The translations under genes and the position numbers were made by a program. A stretch of 32,000 nt of DNA, taken from NCBI RefSeq assembly GCF_000195855.1, contig NC_002677.1:3120001-3152000 (forward strand), written 5' to 3'. This document shows positions 30,191 through 32,000 of the stretch, one piece after another. Position 1 is the stretch's first letter, and every line of letters begins with the position of its first letter. Below the pieces are notes generated by a model. It made no database searches. It worked only from the letters and a program-made list of their open reading frames with translations, and was not told the origin of the DNA. Source of the DNA: Mycobacterium leprae TN. GTDB taxonomy: Bacteria; Actinomycetota; Actinomycetes; Mycobacteriales; Mycobacteriaceae.

Positions 30191-30405
30191 CTGCCGAGGC
30201 TGGCTAGACAATAACCAGCAAGGCTGTTCCCAGTTCCCAATCCAGTCGCTGGCACCTACTAACTGGCCTTTGGAGAGTTTGCAAAACACCCCATGGCACA
30301 GTAGTGGAAATAGGGGTGAAATACTAGGTTCTGGGGACCTAAGTGGTCCCCAGACATTTATCCGTGGGCTACGTCGATCAACCCAGGACTGAATTTCTAC
30401 TCCGG

Positions 30406-31120
30406 TCATCCGCAAATGACGGCGCTATCGGTGCTGCGCGGTAGCCCGGGGAAGCGGTTCCTGTATCTCAATCCGCCGAGGTTGAATTGATTCGGCCTTA
30501 CGGCCCCAGCGGAGACTGCTGTGCGTACCGACTCGTCGCGAATCAGTCCGCACAGCAGCGCGGTGCTGAATTCTGAGGCGATTTCCTTGGCCGTGCAACG
30601 TCCACTCGGCCGTAACCAGCGATAGCTGCCCAACGTAGCCCTGATGTAACCTAATGCCACATGTACAAGTCGCACTCGATAAAATTAAAATTCCGGCGTT
30701 AGGCAATGCCACGGTCGATCAGGCCATGCATGTGCATGCACGCCTGCACTTCCTTTTCACAGACCTCGGCGACTCGTTCGATAGTGAACCATTCGGGAAT
30801 GTACGGCCGCTCCTGGAAATACACGGCGCACGCTCCGAATCGCCCGCGATCCCCGTAAGAAGTCGAGCAGTGTATTGCGTAGAGCAGCAGCGAAGTGCCG
30901 AGGCGGACGGACCTGCGTGCAGGGATGACCAGCGTGTCTTCGTCCGACTGAACAGTATATGTCGAACAGAATCAGCGACTTGCTAGCGTAGTAATGGGAC
31001 ACCGTCCCCTTAATTCAGTCAGCAGCCTTAGCGATATCGTCCATGCAGGTGGCATGGTAGCCACAAGCCGCAAATGGCTTTGGTGGCGGCAGCCAGCAAA
31101 TCCTCACGGCGGCTCAGCCC
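30406..31120 (-). pseudogene. TetR-family regulator relic (Rv0158-like)
   Basis: EDLLAAATKAICGL... then KAAEL then HYYASKSLILFDIYC on the reverse strand in different frames (TetR HTH pattern YHYYxSKexLf.di), plus an 89-aa C-terminal ORF 30406-30675. Confidence 0.65.
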
Positions 31121-31463
31121 AGTGGCCTAGGATATCTGATGCCACCTGTATTCACTATCGTCCCTGCGGGCAGGCCGGACTTAGCCCGGCTAGAGCAAGC
31201 ATCGATCAACGGGCTGGATAGTTGAGGCAAGCGGCTACTACCTGTCGCACCTACGCGAAGAGGACTAGACTCTTAAGGCGAACTAGTCGCGAAACGAGAG
31301 GTGGTCTGATGGATCCGAGTCCTGATTACGATATGAGCGACGAGATCGAATACTTTTTCAGGTACCTAACATGGAGCTTCCGCGGGGTTACCGATGGCAA
31401 CGGATATCTTCCTCCCGTCTAGGGCGCCGCAGCACTTCAACTCGGCTTAGTTTCGACCTAAGG

Positions 31464-32000
31464 CTATAGCACCTTCAGTTCCTCAGTGACCTCAGTCACC
31501 GACTGTTTGGCATCACCGAACAACATGGTGGTACCGTCGGCGTAGAATAGCCGGTTGTCAATGCCCGCAAATCCGGAGTTCATCGACCTCTTAAGCACTA
31601 TAACCGACTTCGCTTTATCAACATTCAGGATCGGCATCCCATAGATCGGGCTGGCTGTCTCGTTACGGGCCGCCGGGTTGGTGACGTCGTTGGCGCCGAT
31701 GACAATCACAACATCGGTACGAGCGAACTCATCGTTGATGTCGTCCATGTCCTTCATGGCGTCGTAGTCGACCTCTGCTTCAGCCAGCAACACATTCATG
31801 TGTCCGGGCATCCGGCCAGCAACCGGGTGAATCGCGTAACTCACCGGCACACCTTTGTTCTCCAGCAAGGACGCCATGTCTTTGACAACGTGCTGGGCCT
31901 GCGCGACCGCCAGCCCGTAGCCCGGCACCACGATCACCTGGTTGGCGTAAGCCATCTGGATCGCCGCATCGGCTGCCGAGGTGGATTTGACTTGCTTGTC
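31464..32000 (-). CDS. pntB: NAD(P) transhydrogenase subunit beta (PntB), C-terminal part, truncated by the window edge
   Basis: QMAYANQVIVVPGYGLAVAQAQHVVKDMASLLENKGVPVSYAIHPVAGRMPGHMNVLLAEAEVDYD...VIVIGANDVTNPAA...IYGMPILNVDKAKSVIVLKRSMNSGFAGIDN is the canonical PntB NADP-binding domain. Confidence 0.97.
   Translation of the reverse strand, partial: DKQVKSTSAADAAIQMAYANQVIVVPGYGLAVAQAQHVVKDMASLLENKGVPVSYAIHPVAGRMPGHMNVLLAEAEVDYDAMKDMDDINDEFARTDVVIVIGANDVTNPAARNETASPIYGMPILNVDKAKSVIVLKRSMNSGFAGIDNRLFYADGTTMLFGDAKQSVTEVTEELKVL

Noticed and set aside
1-32000. CRISPR arrays, toxin-antitoxin modules, phage genes, tRNA/rRNA genes
   Set aside because: No regularly spaced repeat array and no recognisable tRNA/rRNA or phage protein sequence found on manual reading; the 12.5-kb repeat has contiguous 20-bp units without unique spacers.

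Overview
This window looks like a slowly decaying mycobacterial chromosome segment, most consistent with Mycobacterium leprae. That organism call is an inference from protein families and gene order recalled from memory; no database was searched. The left ~13.4 kb plus pckA (15.3-17.1 kb) follow the M. tuberculosis Rv0198c-Rv0211 order: M13 metallopeptidase (zmp1, partial), two Mce-associated-type membrane proteins, an Rv0201c-like protein, mmpL11, a possible Rv0203 relic, an Rv0204c-like membrane protein, a broken Rv0205-like AI-2E/PerM transporter, mmpL3, a NYN-domain protein, trmB and pckA. After pckA come relics of an enoyl-CoA hydratase and an acyl-CoA dehydrogenase, then an intact Rv0216-like double-hotdog protein. 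From ~22.5 kb to the right edge the order corresponds to the Rv0166-Rv0157 region in inverted orientation: fadD5 relic, TB18.5-like SRPBCC protein, FAD-linked oxidase, PE/PE-PPE relic, TetR relic and pntB (partial). This implies a rearrangement junction between ~21.3 and ~22.5 kb. I see no convincing new defence, mobile or biosynthetic system. The most interesting signals are the synteny junction, a 20-bp-period repeat across the trmB/NYN gene boundary, several relics the ORF track does not reveal (PE/PE-PPE, amidohydrolase, SDR, TetR), and an AT-rich tract upstream of pckA.
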